From NCBI GenBank assembly GCA_964457685.1, contig CAYWFS010000001.1, positions 12,878-76,877 of the forward strand: a stretch of DNA of 64,000 bases, written 5' to 3'. Of this stretch, positions 25,698 to 35,618 are shown piece after piece. The number at the start of each line of letters is the position of its first letter. The stretch's first letter is position 1. The DNA comes from an uncultured Ruminococcus sp. GTDB lineage: Bacteria > Bacillota > Clostridia > Oscillospirales > CAG-272. The position numbers and the translations under genes were made by a program. Under the pieces are notes generated by a model. The model saw only the letters and a program-made list of their open reading frames with translations, had not been told where the DNA came from and ran no database searches.

Positions 25698-25726
25698 ATA
25701 ATATCCTTAAATTTTACTTTTTTCAA
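25698..25726 (-). promoter_or_regulatory. Candidate sigma-A promoter of the ABC/DUF1854 operon
   Basis: Read on the minus strand: TTGAAA (25726-25721), a 17-nt spacer, then TATTAT (25703-25698). This implies a leader of about 255 nt. Confidence 0.4.
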
Positions 25727-25793
25727 GAGTTTTTTGAAAATTTCGTGAATTTCGTCACATGATACAAATTGTTAATAATTAATTGGTGATAAT

Positions 25794-26141
25794 ATGCAAA
25801 GAAAAACAAAGAAATGGACAAAGTGCAAGAACATTGACAGCAAAAGATATAAACGGGATTTGGCAAATTATCTCGATGGCCGCTCTCTCAAATGCGTAAC
25901 CGAAAGAATAGACGGAATCGAGGAGGTTGTCGGAAAAAGCGGAGCCATAATCAAAAAAGACGACGAGCTTCTTGTTTACTCCAGTCAGGACGTGCTTATG
26001 CGTATGAAGATAGACGATCTGCACGCATGGGAGCTTATGTCTCTTGACGGTGTGGTAATAACCGCTCACGATATTGAACACGGCGGCGAGGAACGTACCG
26101 TTATAGCGTTTTACAGCTACTGGAGACAGCTTGAGGACTGA
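25794..26141 (+). CDS. Hypothetical protein (115 aa, basic N-terminus)
   Basis: ORF with plausible coding composition. No family recognised and the start is uncertain. Confidence 0.4.
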   Translation: MQRKTKKWTKCKNIDSKRYKRDLANYLDGRSLKCVTERIDGIEEVVGKSGAIIKKDDELLVYSSQDVLMRMKIDDLHAWELMSLDGVVITAHDIEHGGEERTVIAFYSYWRQLED

Positions 26142-26148
26142 TTTTTAA

Positions 26149-27090
26149 ATGGATATAGTTATAAACAACAATTATGAGGGAAAGCTTATACGAGAGGTGC
26201 TGAAAAAGGATCTCGGATATTCGATGAACCTTATAAAAAAGCTGAAGTTTTCGCCGGACGGGATAAAGGTGAACGGAGAATGGGTTACTGTACGGTACGA
26301 GCTGAAAAGGGGAGATGTTCTCTCACTTGCAACTGAGGACAAGCCGGAGGATGTAAGCCCGTACATAATTCCCGTTGATATTCCGATAGACGTTATCTAC
26401 GAGGACGAATACATGACGGTGGTGAACAAACCGTACAATATGCCGTCTCACCCGTCTCACGGACACAGAATGGATACGGTGGCAAACGCACTTGCAAATC
26501 GCTACAGCGGTACTACCTATGTTTTCCGACCCGTAAATCGCCTTGATAGAGACACAAGCGGATGTATGATAACCGCAAACACAAAGGATGCTTCCTATAA
26601 GCTCTATTCATCAATGGTAGGCGGTATGATACATAAAACCTATATAGCGGTGCTTGACTCCGTTCCTGCCGAGCGTGAGGGGACGATAGAGACGTATATG
26701 CACAGACGTGACGAGAGCATAATAGAGCGTGAAAACTGCTCTCCCGATGCACCTGACGCAAAACCCGCCGTAACAAAATACCGTGTCATATGCGAAAAGG
26801 ACGGCAAGTGTATCGTAGCGGCATATCCGATAACGGGAAGAACACACCAGCTCAGAGTGCATTTTTCCTCGATAGGATGCCCGATAATCGGAGATACCTT
26901 GTACGGAGGAGAGGGAATAGACGCACTTATCAATCGTCATGCACTTCATTCGTGGAGAACGACCTTCCCGCACCCGAACGACGGCAGAATAATTTCAGCA
27001 TATGCCGAGATACCGTCCGATATTAAGACTCTTATCACAGCTGTCGGATTCGGAGATATAAACAAAATACTCGATGAGGTTGATATATGA
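26149..27090 (+). CDS. RluA-family pseudouridine synthase (S4 domain plus catalytic domain)
   Basis: 313 aa with the catalytic motif RPVNRLDRDTSGCM and HQLRVH. Confidence 0.85.
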   Translation: MDIVINNNYEGKLIREVLKKDLGYSMNLIKKLKFSPDGIKVNGEWVTVRYELKRGDVLSLATEDKPEDVSPYIIPVDIPIDVIYEDEYMTVVNKPYNMPSHPSHGHRMDTVANALANRYSGTTYVFRPVNRLDRDTSGCMITANTKDASYKLYSSMVGGMIHKTYIAVLDSVPAEREGTIETYMHRRDESIIERENCSPDAPDAKPAVTKYRVICEKDGKCIVAAYPITGRTHQLRVHFSSIGCPIIGDTLYGGEGIDALINRHALHSWRTTFPHPNDGRIISAYAEIPSDIKTLITAVGFGDINKILDEVDI

Positions 27091-28208
27091 CCCGAATAAT
27101 GAAAAAAATAAACAAGTATATACCGAAGGTGTCGTATGTCTTCTTCTCTCTCGGAGTGATTGCGGCAATTCTTCACGTTGCGGCAGTGTTTTCAGCGGAT
27201 TTTGCCGATTTTTGGAGCGATAATGTATCCTCGATATTTCGTTCGTTTGCGGCTCATCTTACGTCGTTTCTGCCGTTTTCGCTGGCTGAGACCATCGTTA
27301 TAGCAAGTCCGATAATTCTTGTCTGCGTAATCGTATATGCGTGTAAGGCGGCAAGCAAAAGCAATGTATCCCTTGTGAGATGTCTTGTTTTCATGCTTTC
27401 ACTGCTGGCGTTGGTTTATTCCGTTTTCGTTTTCAATTTCGGAATAAGCTACAGAACGCACACTCTTGACGAAAGACTCGGTATGGAACGTGAAAAGGTA
27501 AGCGGAGACGAGCTTTACGAAACCATATCCATAGTTATAGACAAGCTTAATTCCCTTGCCGATGATGTTATTATAGCACAGGACAAAGGCTCTGTGAGAC
27601 CGTATTCACACGAGGAAGCCGTAAGACTTTGCACGGAATCCTATGCGAAGCTTTCGGAGGAATACAGCTTCATAAAAAAACTGAACGCACCCGTAAAGCA
27701 GATAATGCTCTCCGATATAATGACGTATACGCATATTTCCGGAGTGTATACCTTCTTCACGGGAGAGGCTAATCTCAACACAAATTACCCTTATTTCGTT
27801 AACGTATACACAACCGCACATGAAATGGCACATCAAAGAGGTGTTGCAAGAGAAAATGAAGCAAATTTCATCGCATACCTTGTTTGCATAGGCTCCGATG
27901 ACACATATATGCAGTATTCGGGATACCTTAATATGTACGAGTACTTGATTTCCGCACTTTACAAGGCTTCTCCAACACTGTACGCAAAGGCGGTTCGTTC
28001 TCTTGATCTCAGAGTAAGATACGACTTGAATTGCTACAGTGAATTTTTCGACAAATACCGTGAAAACAAGGCCGCTGATGTGAGTGATGCCGTGAACAAT
28101 AAGTACCTTGAGATACAGGGAACGCAGGAAGGCTCAAAAAGCTACGGAATGGTAGTGGATCTCGCAGTGGCATATTACAGACCTATGTTCGAGGATACAG
28201 CCGAATGA
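27087..28208 (+). CDS. DUF3810-like membrane zinc metalloprotease
   Basis: 373 aa with N-terminal TM helices and the HExxH motif AHEMAHQRG. Overlaps rluA by 4 nt. Confidence 0.65.
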   Translation: MTRIMKKINKYIPKVSYVFFSLGVIAAILHVAAVFSADFADFWSDNVSSIFRSFAAHLTSFLPFSLAETIVIASPIILVCVIVYACKAASKSNVSLVRCLVFMLSLLALVYSVFVFNFGISYRTHTLDERLGMEREKVSGDELYETISIVIDKLNSLADDVIIAQDKGSVRPYSHEEAVRLCTESYAKLSEEYSFIKKLNAPVKQIMLSDIMTYTHISGVYTFFTGEANLNTNYPYFVNVYTTAHEMAHQRGVARENEANFIAYLVCIGSDDTYMQYSGYLNMYEYLISALYKASPTLYAKAVRSLDLRVRYDLNCYSEFFDKYRENKAADVSDAVNNKYLEIQGTQEGSKSYGMVVDLAVAYYRPMFEDTAE

Positions 28209-29293
28209 AAAAAATAACAGTCGCTGCACTTTCCGCCGTGATACTTGTGTTGTCCGCCGTGATGCTTTCTTCCGTAAGTGCGGTCGAGAACGGAGAGGTG
28301 CCGTCAATCATAGTAAACGATGAAAAATGGTACAAGGATGCGGTGTCACCTCTTATAATGCGTGACGGAAAGACTTATGTGCCGGCACAGGTGTTTACAA
28401 TGCTCGACGGAATAAAGGTAACTGAGGTGTCGGAGAACGGTATTCTTATATCAAACTCCGATACGAAGGAATATGTGTCCATACTGTTCAATGAAAGAGC
28501 GGCAGCTGTGAACGGTGAGATAATCGAAAACATAGGAGTGTTTCGTGACTCCGGTGTTCTTTATATCGAGGCTGAAATGACGGCTGAGGCTCTGGGCGTG
28601 GACTACGAATACTATTCCGTCGGAGAAGACAACGGTATGTATTTCCATGACGGAAGCAGTATAACCACACTTGGCGATATGCTACGCTCATATACGGAGC
28701 AGGTTGAAGAAAACGATGACAGTACCGTTGTCGGCGAGGAAAGCGAGGACTCGATTCGTCATATTTACGTCTTCTGCTCAACTCCCGAGGATGACAGCGG
28801 AATCTATTTTCCGGCAAGAGGAAACCTCGATTACTACGGAGTGGGATACACATATCTTGTGGACGATACGGTAAGCGATGACTCACTCATAAGTCTTGCC
28901 GCAGACGGAGGATATTGCCTGAAAATGCCCGAAATCGGTGACAAGAACTCAATCGAAGACGAAGCTGATGTGGTGGCGGCATTTCTTGATTCCGTAAACA
29001 CAAGACTGAAAAGACTTTCGCTGAAAAAAACAAGATATGTACTTGCCGACTGTGACGAAGAAATGACTGCTTTGCTTTGCGAGAGGGGATATATCGTTAT
29101 CAGACCCGACTTTACCGTGAACGGTGCCTCATACCCCGATGCAATGATAAATGAAATAGAAAATGCTCTGGACAGCGTGGGATATGCTTCCGTATATCTC
29201 GAGGACTGCTGGAATTCCGAAAGAATGGCGATACTTCTCTCGGAGCTTATCGAAAATGACGAGAGCATAAAGACGATAAATATTTACGGCTGA
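28205..29293 (+). CDS. Secreted protein with a copper-amine-oxidase-N-like (stalk) domain
   Basis: Signal peptide; ...LIMRDGKTYVPAQVFTMLDG... resembles Cu_amine_oxidN1 repeats; the C-terminal half is acidic. Confidence 0.5.
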   Translation: MKKITVAALSAVILVLSAVMLSSVSAVENGEVPSIIVNDEKWYKDAVSPLIMRDGKTYVPAQVFTMLDGIKVTEVSENGILISNSDTKEYVSILFNERAAAVNGEIIENIGVFRDSGVLYIEAEMTAEALGVDYEYYSVGEDNGMYFHDGSSITTLGDMLRSYTEQVEENDDSTVVGEESEDSIRHIYVFCSTPEDDSGIYFPARGNLDYYGVGYTYLVDDTVSDDSLISLAADGGYCLKMPEIGDKNSIEDEADVVAAFLDSVNTRLKRLSLKKTRYVLADCDEEMTALLCERGYIVIRPDFTVNGASYPDAMINEIENALDSVGYASVYLEDCWNSERMAILLSELIENDESIKTINIYG

Positions 29294-29315
29294 CAAAGAA
29301 AGGAGACTCTGCCAT

Positions 29316-30032
29316 ATGGAAAACACAGACAGAAAAAAGAAGATACTTGTGGTTGAGGATGAAAGAAACATCGCACAGGTGCTTGCATACAACATAAAAA
29401 AAGACGGATACGACTGTGATATTGCTTCTGACGGAGAGGCCGGACTTAAAATGGGACTTGAGGGGGGATATGACCTTATTCTCCTTGATATAATGCTTCC
29501 GAAAATGACGGGCTTTGAGGTGTGTGAGCATATAAGACGTAAAAGTCAGGTTCCGATAATTTTCGTGACGGCAAGAGAGGAAGAAAAGGACAGAATACTC
29601 GGACTTGAAACCGGTGGTGACGACTACGTTACAAAGCCGTTTTCTTTCCCCGAGCTTAAAGCAAGAATAAGAGCCAACATAAGACGTTCGAGCGGAGAAG
29701 TAGTGACGGGGGAAAAAATCGACCCCGATATAATAACCGTAGGAGAGCTTACGATTGATAAGGCTCACTACTCCGTTGAAAAGAACGGTGAAGCTATCGA
29801 AATGTCGAAAAAGGACTACAATCTCATACTGTTTCTTGCCGAAAACCTCGGTCAGGCATTCTCGAGAGAACAGCTTCTCGAAAACATATGGGGGTATGAC
29901 GACTACTTCGGAGATATAAGAACGGTTGACGTTACGGTTAACAGAATCCGCAAAAAGATAGAGACAGACCCCGCACATCCCGAATATCTTATGACTAAAC
30001 GAGGAGTGGGCTACTACCTCTGTAAGAGATAA
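29316..30032 (+). CDS. walR: OmpR-family response regulator, WalR/YycF-like
   Basis: 238 aa. The receiver domain (KILVVEDE...LILLDIMLP...) and winged helix (TVDVTVNRIRKKIE) align closely with B. subtilis WalR as I recall it. Confidence 0.6.
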   Translation: MENTDRKKKILVVEDERNIAQVLAYNIKKDGYDCDIASDGEAGLKMGLEGGYDLILLDIMLPKMTGFEVCEHIRRKSQVPIIFVTAREEEKDRILGLETGGDDYVTKPFSFPELKARIRANIRRSSGEVVTGEKIDPDIITVGELTIDKAHYSVEKNGEAIEMSKKDYNLILFLAENLGQAFSREQLLENIWGYDDYFGDIRTVDVTVNRIRKKIETDPAHPEYLMTKRGVGYYLCKR

Positions 30033-30034
30033 AT

Positions 30035-31873
30035 ATGTTTAAAAGTCTGTATTTCAAAATAGTACTTATACTTCTCATATTCATAATAGCCGTTATGTGT
30101 TCGGTGGGAGCTATTCTTCTCAGCGGTGTTGCATCATACTATACCGAAAATTTTGCGACACAGATGACGGAATGCTTTGACGAAGACGGTCTTCTTATGC
30201 CGGAACTTGAATCGGCGGCGAAAAGCAGCTACCCGGCAGGCGAAATGAAGGAGGTTCTTTCCTCATACGGAAGTATTCTCGGAATAGACAAGTACCGCAA
30301 TTACTTTGTTTTGAATCTTGATGGGGAAATGCTGTCAGGCTCAGATATAACTCTCGGCTCATCCCTCAAGCTGACACCGAATCTTCTGACTGCCATAAGC
30401 GGAAGCAGTGAAAACAGCAGCTCGGGAAGTATGGAAAGCTCCGACTGGGCGGTAAGAATCTCCGTGGACGGAACAAGCGATAACGACGTTATAGTTTATA
30501 TTATAGACTCCCTCGGTGAGATGAGACAGCTGAACAGCGTGCTTTACCGTATAGTATTGCAGGCTATGCTTATCGGAATAGTTATAGCGGTGCTTCTTTC
30601 GTTCTTCCTTGCAAAATCCATATCTTCACCTCTGCAAAGTCTTACTTACGGTACTCAGCTTGTGGCATCGGGTGAGTTCTCGCATGAAATAGAGGTGCGT
30701 TCAGCCGATGAGATAGGAGAGCTTGCCGAAAACTTTAACTACATGAGAGAAAGACTCCGTATGACCCTCGAGGAGGTTGACGGAGAAAGAGAAAAGCTTG
30801 AAACGGTTCTGTCCTGCCTAAGAGACCCCGTTATTGCTTTTACTCATGACGGCAGAGTTATGCATCTTAACAGCAGTGCGGGGGAACTCTTCGGCTCTTC
30901 TGCTGATAAAATGACGGTTGAAAGCTGTTTTGAGCTTCTCGATATACCTCTTGTCGATAAAGGAGGAGCATTCACACTTACTTCTCCCGACGCGGAGGTT
31001 GAGAATACAAAGGACGGCTTTGTTTTTCGTGACAGAATATGCGGAGACAGAGTCTATGACGTAAGCTGTGCTTCGCTGAAATATGTGGAGGATAAAAAAA
31101 CCTCGGTCGGATGTATCGTTATCGTTCATGACGTTACGGGCAGATTTGAACTTGACGAAAGCCGACGTGAGTTTGTGGCAAATGTTTCGCATGAGCTTAA
31201 AACTCCGCTTACCGCAATCAAAAGTGCCGCAGAGACTATCAGAATGGATGAGGAAATGGATGATGAAACAAGAAACTTCTTCCTCGACATGGTTCTTTCG
31301 GAAAGTGACAGAATGAAGCGTATAGTTTCCGACCTTCTCGTACTTTCCCGTCTCGACAACAAGAAAACTCAGTGGAATATAGAGACATTCGATATTCGCC
31401 GCCTTGTGAGAAGACTGTGCGATGTTATGAGAGGGGATCTCGAGGAGCATGGCCACAAAATCACTTTCGGTTGCGACAAGGAACTGCCCGAAATCACCGC
31501 AGACAGACAGAGAATAGAGCAGGTTGTGATAAACATAATCTCGAATGCGATAAAATACACTCCCGATGGCGGTCAGATAGACATAAAGCTTATGAAAAAT
31601 AAGCGAGGCAGTGTGCTTATAAATGTGACAGACAACGGTATAGGAATCCCAAAGGAAGATGTTGAGCATCTTTTCGAGAGATTCTACCGTGTGGAAAAAT
31701 CAAGAACACAGGATGCGGGCGGTACAGGTCTCGGACTTGCCATAGCAAAGGAGCTTGTTGAGGCTCATGGAGGAAACATTAAGGTCGAAAGTGAACTTCA
31801 CAAGGGAACCTCCGTTACGATAGAGCTTCCGATAGTCTGCCGTATCAAAACCGAAAACAAGGATGTAAGATGA
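30035..31873 (+). CDS. walK: Sensor histidine kinase, WalK/YycG-like (2 TM, extracellular domain, HAMP, PAS, HisKA, HATPase)
   Basis: 612 aa with H-box SHELKTPLTAI, N-box NIISNAIKYT, DNGIGI and GGTGLGLAIAKELVEAHGG. The architecture matches WalK. Confidence 0.6.
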   Translation: MFKSLYFKIVLILLIFIIAVMCSVGAILLSGVASYYTENFATQMTECFDEDGLLMPELESAAKSSYPAGEMKEVLSSYGSILGIDKYRNYFVLNLDGEMLSGSDITLGSSLKLTPNLLTAISGSSENSSSGSMESSDWAVRISVDGTSDNDVIVYIIDSLGEMRQLNSVLYRIVLQAMLIGIVIAVLLSFFLAKSISSPLQSLTYGTQLVASGEFSHEIEVRSADEIGELAENFNYMRERLRMTLEEVDGEREKLETVLSCLRDPVIAFTHDGRVMHLNSSAGELFGSSADKMTVESCFELLDIPLVDKGGAFTLTSPDAEVENTKDGFVFRDRICGDRVYDVSCASLKYVEDKKTSVGCIVIVHDVTGRFELDESRREFVANVSHELKTPLTAIKSAAETIRMDEEMDDETRNFFLDMVLSESDRMKRIVSDLLVLSRLDNKKTQWNIETFDIRRLVRRLCDVMRGDLEEHGHKITFGCDKELPEITADRQRIEQVVINIISNAIKYTPDGGQIDIKLMKNKRGSVLINVTDNGIGIPKEDVEHLFERFYRVEKSRTQDAGGTGLGLAIAKELVEAHGGNIKVESELHKGTSVTIELPIVCRIKTENKDVR

Positions 31874-33219
31874 GGGAAAATCACGAATCTAAAATCAATG
31901 CGGCAAAAAGTATAATCTGTGCATTGCTTGTCCTTGCACTGTGCTTTATGATGTTCTTCATTGTTTATATGCTGAATATAGGGCAGTCGCAGGTAGGGTT
32001 TGACCTCAGCACCGTTACTTCGGAGCAGACGGAATATCAGATAGACGTAAGCAAATTCATAATTCCCGAATTTATCGGAATAACCTACGGCGGCGAAAAG
32101 CTCGGATGCTCGGGGTCTGAAAATATCCTCGGCGAAATGTATCGTGAGCTGTCGGGAGTTATCTCCGAAGTACTTTGTGCCGGTAATGTTGCGGAAAGAA
32201 GCCGAACCGACTGGAGTATATTTGCGGAAAGCAAGTCCTCCGTTTATATACGGTATCACAGTGAGCTTCCCGATTGTGCCGTAGGATATTTTGCGGACGA
32301 ATCCTCGGGAAACATAAGTGACAGAAGAAACGTAACTTCGTATATATATGAAATGTACATCATCCCGAATACAGACGGCTCGGGTAAGGTCGATATCGCC
32401 GTTAAAAGTAAGGGAGGAGACGTATGCTTTTATTCAGGCACGCCGGAGAGTATACTTACCGGAGACGGTACCGCAAAAATGCTTGACTCATATCGTTCCG
32501 GAATGTACGAATATAAAATGTCGGGAGGTCAGCCCGTTTTCACCGAAAATATTTCTACGAGAAATATACTTATCACAGGTGGAACAGCCGCTTTGATACA
32601 AACGGAGACAAACGATGAAACCAAGAATGAAATAATCAGATTCTTCGGCTTGAACCCCGACAAGCTCCTTTCCTCGCACATTGATGAGGAGGGCATGGAC
32701 AGCTACGTTGACACCCACGGTTCGCTTTATATAAAGGAGTCGGGAATCGAATATAATTCATCCTCCGACGGCGGTGTGGGTATCTATGACTTTATCGGAG
32801 ATGCGGATGAAATTTCACTTGGGGAATATATAAAAGCGTCCGTCTCGATGATAACATATATGCGTTCTGTAAATAAAAATATTGCGGGTGGAGACGCGGA
32901 GATATATCTTTATTCCGTTACTTCTCAAAACGGAAAGGTGAAGCTCGAATTCATGTATGCCTTTGACGGTATCAGAATAATGGATTTGAAACCTGCGTTT
33001 ACCGCCGAGTTTGAAGACGGTATACTCAGACGTGCCTCGCTTTATTCCATATCCGTCAAATATTTCAGCGAAAGACGTGTGCTTATGCTTGAGGACAGCT
33101 TCATTGAGATTATGAAAAGCTACGGGAAAAACGTGACATATACGAATATAGTATACAGAAGTGACTTTTTATCGGAATCCGTCGGTGCGGAATGGCAGTG
33201 TGTGGAGTATCAGCAGTAA
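31870..33219 (+). CDS. Membrane-anchored extracellular protein, YycH-like (candidate WalK regulator)
   Basis: 449 aa with a single N-terminal TM helix and a 4-nt overlap with the kinase gene. Size and position match yycH; no motif-level confirmation. Confidence 0.45.
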   Translation: MRENHESKINAAKSIICALLVLALCFMMFFIVYMLNIGQSQVGFDLSTVTSEQTEYQIDVSKFIIPEFIGITYGGEKLGCSGSENILGEMYRELSGVISEVLCAGNVAERSRTDWSIFAESKSSVYIRYHSELPDCAVGYFADESSGNISDRRNVTSYIYEMYIIPNTDGSGKVDIAVKSKGGDVCFYSGTPESILTGDGTAKMLDSYRSGMYEYKMSGGQPVFTENISTRNILITGGTAALIQTETNDETKNEIIRFFGLNPDKLLSSHIDEEGMDSYVDTHGSLYIKESGIEYNSSSDGGVGIYDFIGDADEISLGEYIKASVSMITYMRSVNKNIAGGDAEIYLYSVTSQNGKVKLEFMYAFDGIRIMDLKPAFTAEFEDGILRRASLYSISVKYFSERRVLMLEDSFIEIMKSYGKNVTYTNIVYRSDFLSESVGAEWQCVEYQQ

Positions 33220-33231
33220 GAAGGGGGCATT

Positions 33232-34143
33232 ATGGAACACAAAAAAATTCTTAATTTGCTTTTGACCGTTCTTGTTCTGTCCGTTGTCATTGTGCTTGGT
33301 GTGATACTGAAATTGAGACGAGAGATATATTATCTTCCCGAAAGCTCTGCCGATGACATTGTAAAGGTGCTTGCCGACTCCAATATTTATGTTGACCGTG
33401 GAATGATAAGCACGAAAAAGGAGAGGGGAAGCGTGTACGTTTGCAGCTCCGGAAGCTACAGTGAAACGGTTGCCGCACTTCTCTCCGACAGCAGGATAAA
33501 ATACGACTTTGCACTTCCGGACGGTGAAATGCTTGTTATGGAGGACTACTCCAGATTTGAATTCGGAAGCGGATTTACCTTCAGATATTCAAAGGACGGC
33601 AAATTTGAAAGTATTCTCGACACGGTTACTGCTGAGGATTTTTCAGAAAGACCGAGTGCGGCGAAAATAGAAGAGGTTTCCTCTGCCGTTATCGAGTTCA
33701 TGGAAAAGGGAAGCAGTGAATTTGAGGTGGGCGGAAGCATGAATATCGTTACCACGGTCGAAAGGGTTTGGGAAAGCGGCGGAAAATATTATGCCCTCTG
33801 TTCGAGAAGTATAGGCGGAGTTGAGGTAAACGACAACAAGGTTTTCTGCACCTACCGTGACGGAGAGGTAACGTCGGCTTCGGGAAGCTGGTGCTTTCTT
33901 ACTCTCGGAGACGCATATTCGGCACAACTGTGCGACATTATCAATATACTGTTTAATGTAAAAAAGGAGCTTGGAGAATGCGGAAATGCGGTGTATATAA
34001 ACTCCGTTGAGAAGTGCTATTCTCTTTACACCTACGGAGAAAACGATGATTTTTGTCTTATTCCGTGCTACAAGGTGGTTACCGACAGCGAAGGTGAGCT
34101 TATATATAATGCAATAGATGGTACGTTGTACACAAAAAAGTAA
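33232..34143 (+). CDS. Membrane-anchored extracellular protein, YycI-like
   Basis: 303 aa with a single N-terminal TM helix, 12 nt after the YycH-like gene. The call rests on size and position. Confidence 0.4.
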   Translation: MEHKKILNLLLTVLVLSVVIVLGVILKLRREIYYLPESSADDIVKVLADSNIYVDRGMISTKKERGSVYVCSSGSYSETVAALLSDSRIKYDFALPDGEMLVMEDYSRFEFGSGFTFRYSKDGKFESILDTVTAEDFSERPSAAKIEEVSSAVIEFMEKGSSEFEVGGSMNIVTTVERVWESGGKYYALCSRSIGGVEVNDNKVFCTYRDGEVTSASGSWCFLTLGDAYSAQLCDIINILFNVKKELGECGNAVYINSVEKCYSLYTYGENDDFCLIPCYKVVTDSEGELIYNAIDGTLYTKK

Positions 34144-34318
34144 AGTGCGAAATGACGGCAAAATGTGCAAAAATGTTATGAAGTATTAATTTTATGAAAA
34201 TCCTCGAAAAAACTCTTTCATTATTGTGCATAAACTGTTATAATATAGTAGGTGAGATGTTTTTTTCGCACCTCGTTTTTTAATGCCTTATGCTGAAAAA
34301 GAAAGGCTTGGTAGTTTA

Positions 34319-35608
34319 ATGGAAAAAATTATTGTAAACGGAGGAAATCCTCTGTTTGGTCAGGTAGAGATTTCAGGCTCTAAAAATGCCGCTTTACCTA
34401 TAATATATGCCTGTGTGCTTGTGCGTGGAAAGTGCGTGCTTGAAAATATTCCGGCGATATCCGATATAACATATTCCTTTGAGATACTCAGAGGTATCGG
34501 TGCCGAGATAAAAATGCTCGACGCAACAACATACGAAATAGATTGTACAAATGTAGAACCCGGTCGCTCCGATTATGAGCTTGTGAGAAAAATAAGAGGT
34601 TCATATTATCTTCTCGGTGCGGAGTTCGGTCGCTTCGGTCGTGCGAGAGTCGGTTATCCCGGAGGATGTAACTTCGGTGTAAGACCCATCGACCAGCATA
34701 TAAAGGGCTTTGAAGCTCTCGGCGGTCGTGTCGCAACTGACGGAGGCTACATTGAGATAGAATCCGATAACGGTGCTGTCGGTACAAACATATTCTTTGA
34801 CGTAACAACAGTCGGTGCTACTCTTAATATCATGATAGCAGCCGCAACAGCAGAGGGAACGACAATTATCGACAATGCAGCAAGAGAGCCGCATATAGTT
34901 GACTGTGCTAGCTTCCTCAATACCTGCGGTGCGAAAATAAGCGGTGCAGGTACCGATGTTATCAAGATAAAGGGTGTTAAGGAGCTTCACGGTTGCACAT
35001 ATGCGATAATCCCCGATATGATTGAGGCAGGTTCGTTTATGGTTGCGGCTGTCGCTACGGGTGGCTCGGTAAGAATCGGAAACGTAATACCCAAGCACCT
35101 TGAATCCATCAGTGCAAAGCTTGAAGAGGTCGGAGCTACCATCGAAGAGTTTGACGATGCGGTTCATGTAACGGCAGGAAAAAAGCTCAAGAGAACAAAC
35201 GTAAAAACTCTTCCTTATCCCGGATTTCCCACGGATATGCACCCCCAGATGTCCGCACTTCTTTGTGTGGCTGAGGGAACAAGCTATATAAACGAAAGCA
35301 TCTATGAAAACCGTTTCCGTTATGTCGAGGAACTGAGAAGAATGGGTGCGAAAATAAAGGTTGACGGCAGAATAGTCGTTATCGAGGGCGGTGAACCTCT
35401 TACTCCCGCTCCCGTTATCGCAACAGATCTGAGAGGCGGTATGGCTGTCCTCATTGCCGCTCTTACCTGCGAGGGAAAAACCGAAATTTCCGAAATAAGA
35501 CTTATCGAACGTGGGTATGATAATATCTGCGAGAAGATGAGATCTCTCGGTGCCGATATTGAGAAAGTAGTAATTCCCGATGGTGCCGAAATAAAAAAAG
35601 CAAACTGA
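34319..35608 (+). CDS. murA: UDP-N-acetylglucosamine 1-carboxyvinyltransferase
   Basis: MEKIIVNGGNPLFGQVEISGSKNAALP N-terminus and active-site PGGCNFGVRPID. The ATG at 34319 is preferred over the ORF-track start at 34283. Confidence 0.9.
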   Translation: MEKIIVNGGNPLFGQVEISGSKNAALPIIYACVLVRGKCVLENIPAISDITYSFEILRGIGAEIKMLDATTYEIDCTNVEPGRSDYELVRKIRGSYYLLGAEFGRFGRARVGYPGGCNFGVRPIDQHIKGFEALGGRVATDGGYIEIESDNGAVGTNIFFDVTTVGATLNIMIAAATAEGTTIIDNAAREPHIVDCASFLNTCGAKISGAGTDVIKIKGVKELHGCTYAIIPDMIEAGSFMVAAVATGGSVRIGNVIPKHLESISAKLEEVGATIEEFDDAVHVTAGKKLKRTNVKTLPYPGFPTDMHPQMSALLCVAEGTSYINESIYENRFRYVEELRRMGAKIKVDGRIVVIEGGEPLTPAPVIATDLRGGMAVLIAALTCEGKTEISEIRLIERGYDNICEKMRSLGADIEKVVIPDGAEIKKAN

Positions 35609-35618
35609 AATAAACGGA

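Noticed and set aside
34240-34290. Hairpin AGGTG...CACCT followed by a T-run in the murA leader, as a possible attenuator or riboswitch terminator.
   Set aside because: The stem is only 5 bp with a T-rich loop, and no recognisable upstream aptamer or antiterminator is present. This is too weak to call.
34283-34318. Upstream ORF-track starts for murA (34283), trmK (GTG 35859), the aldolase/SDR gene (TTG 43358) and the HdrC-like gene (GTG 1791).
   Set aside because: In each case a downstream ATG has a better-placed Shine-Dalgarno sequence and gives the N-terminus typical of the family. The GTG at 35859 lies inside a terminator-like hairpin.
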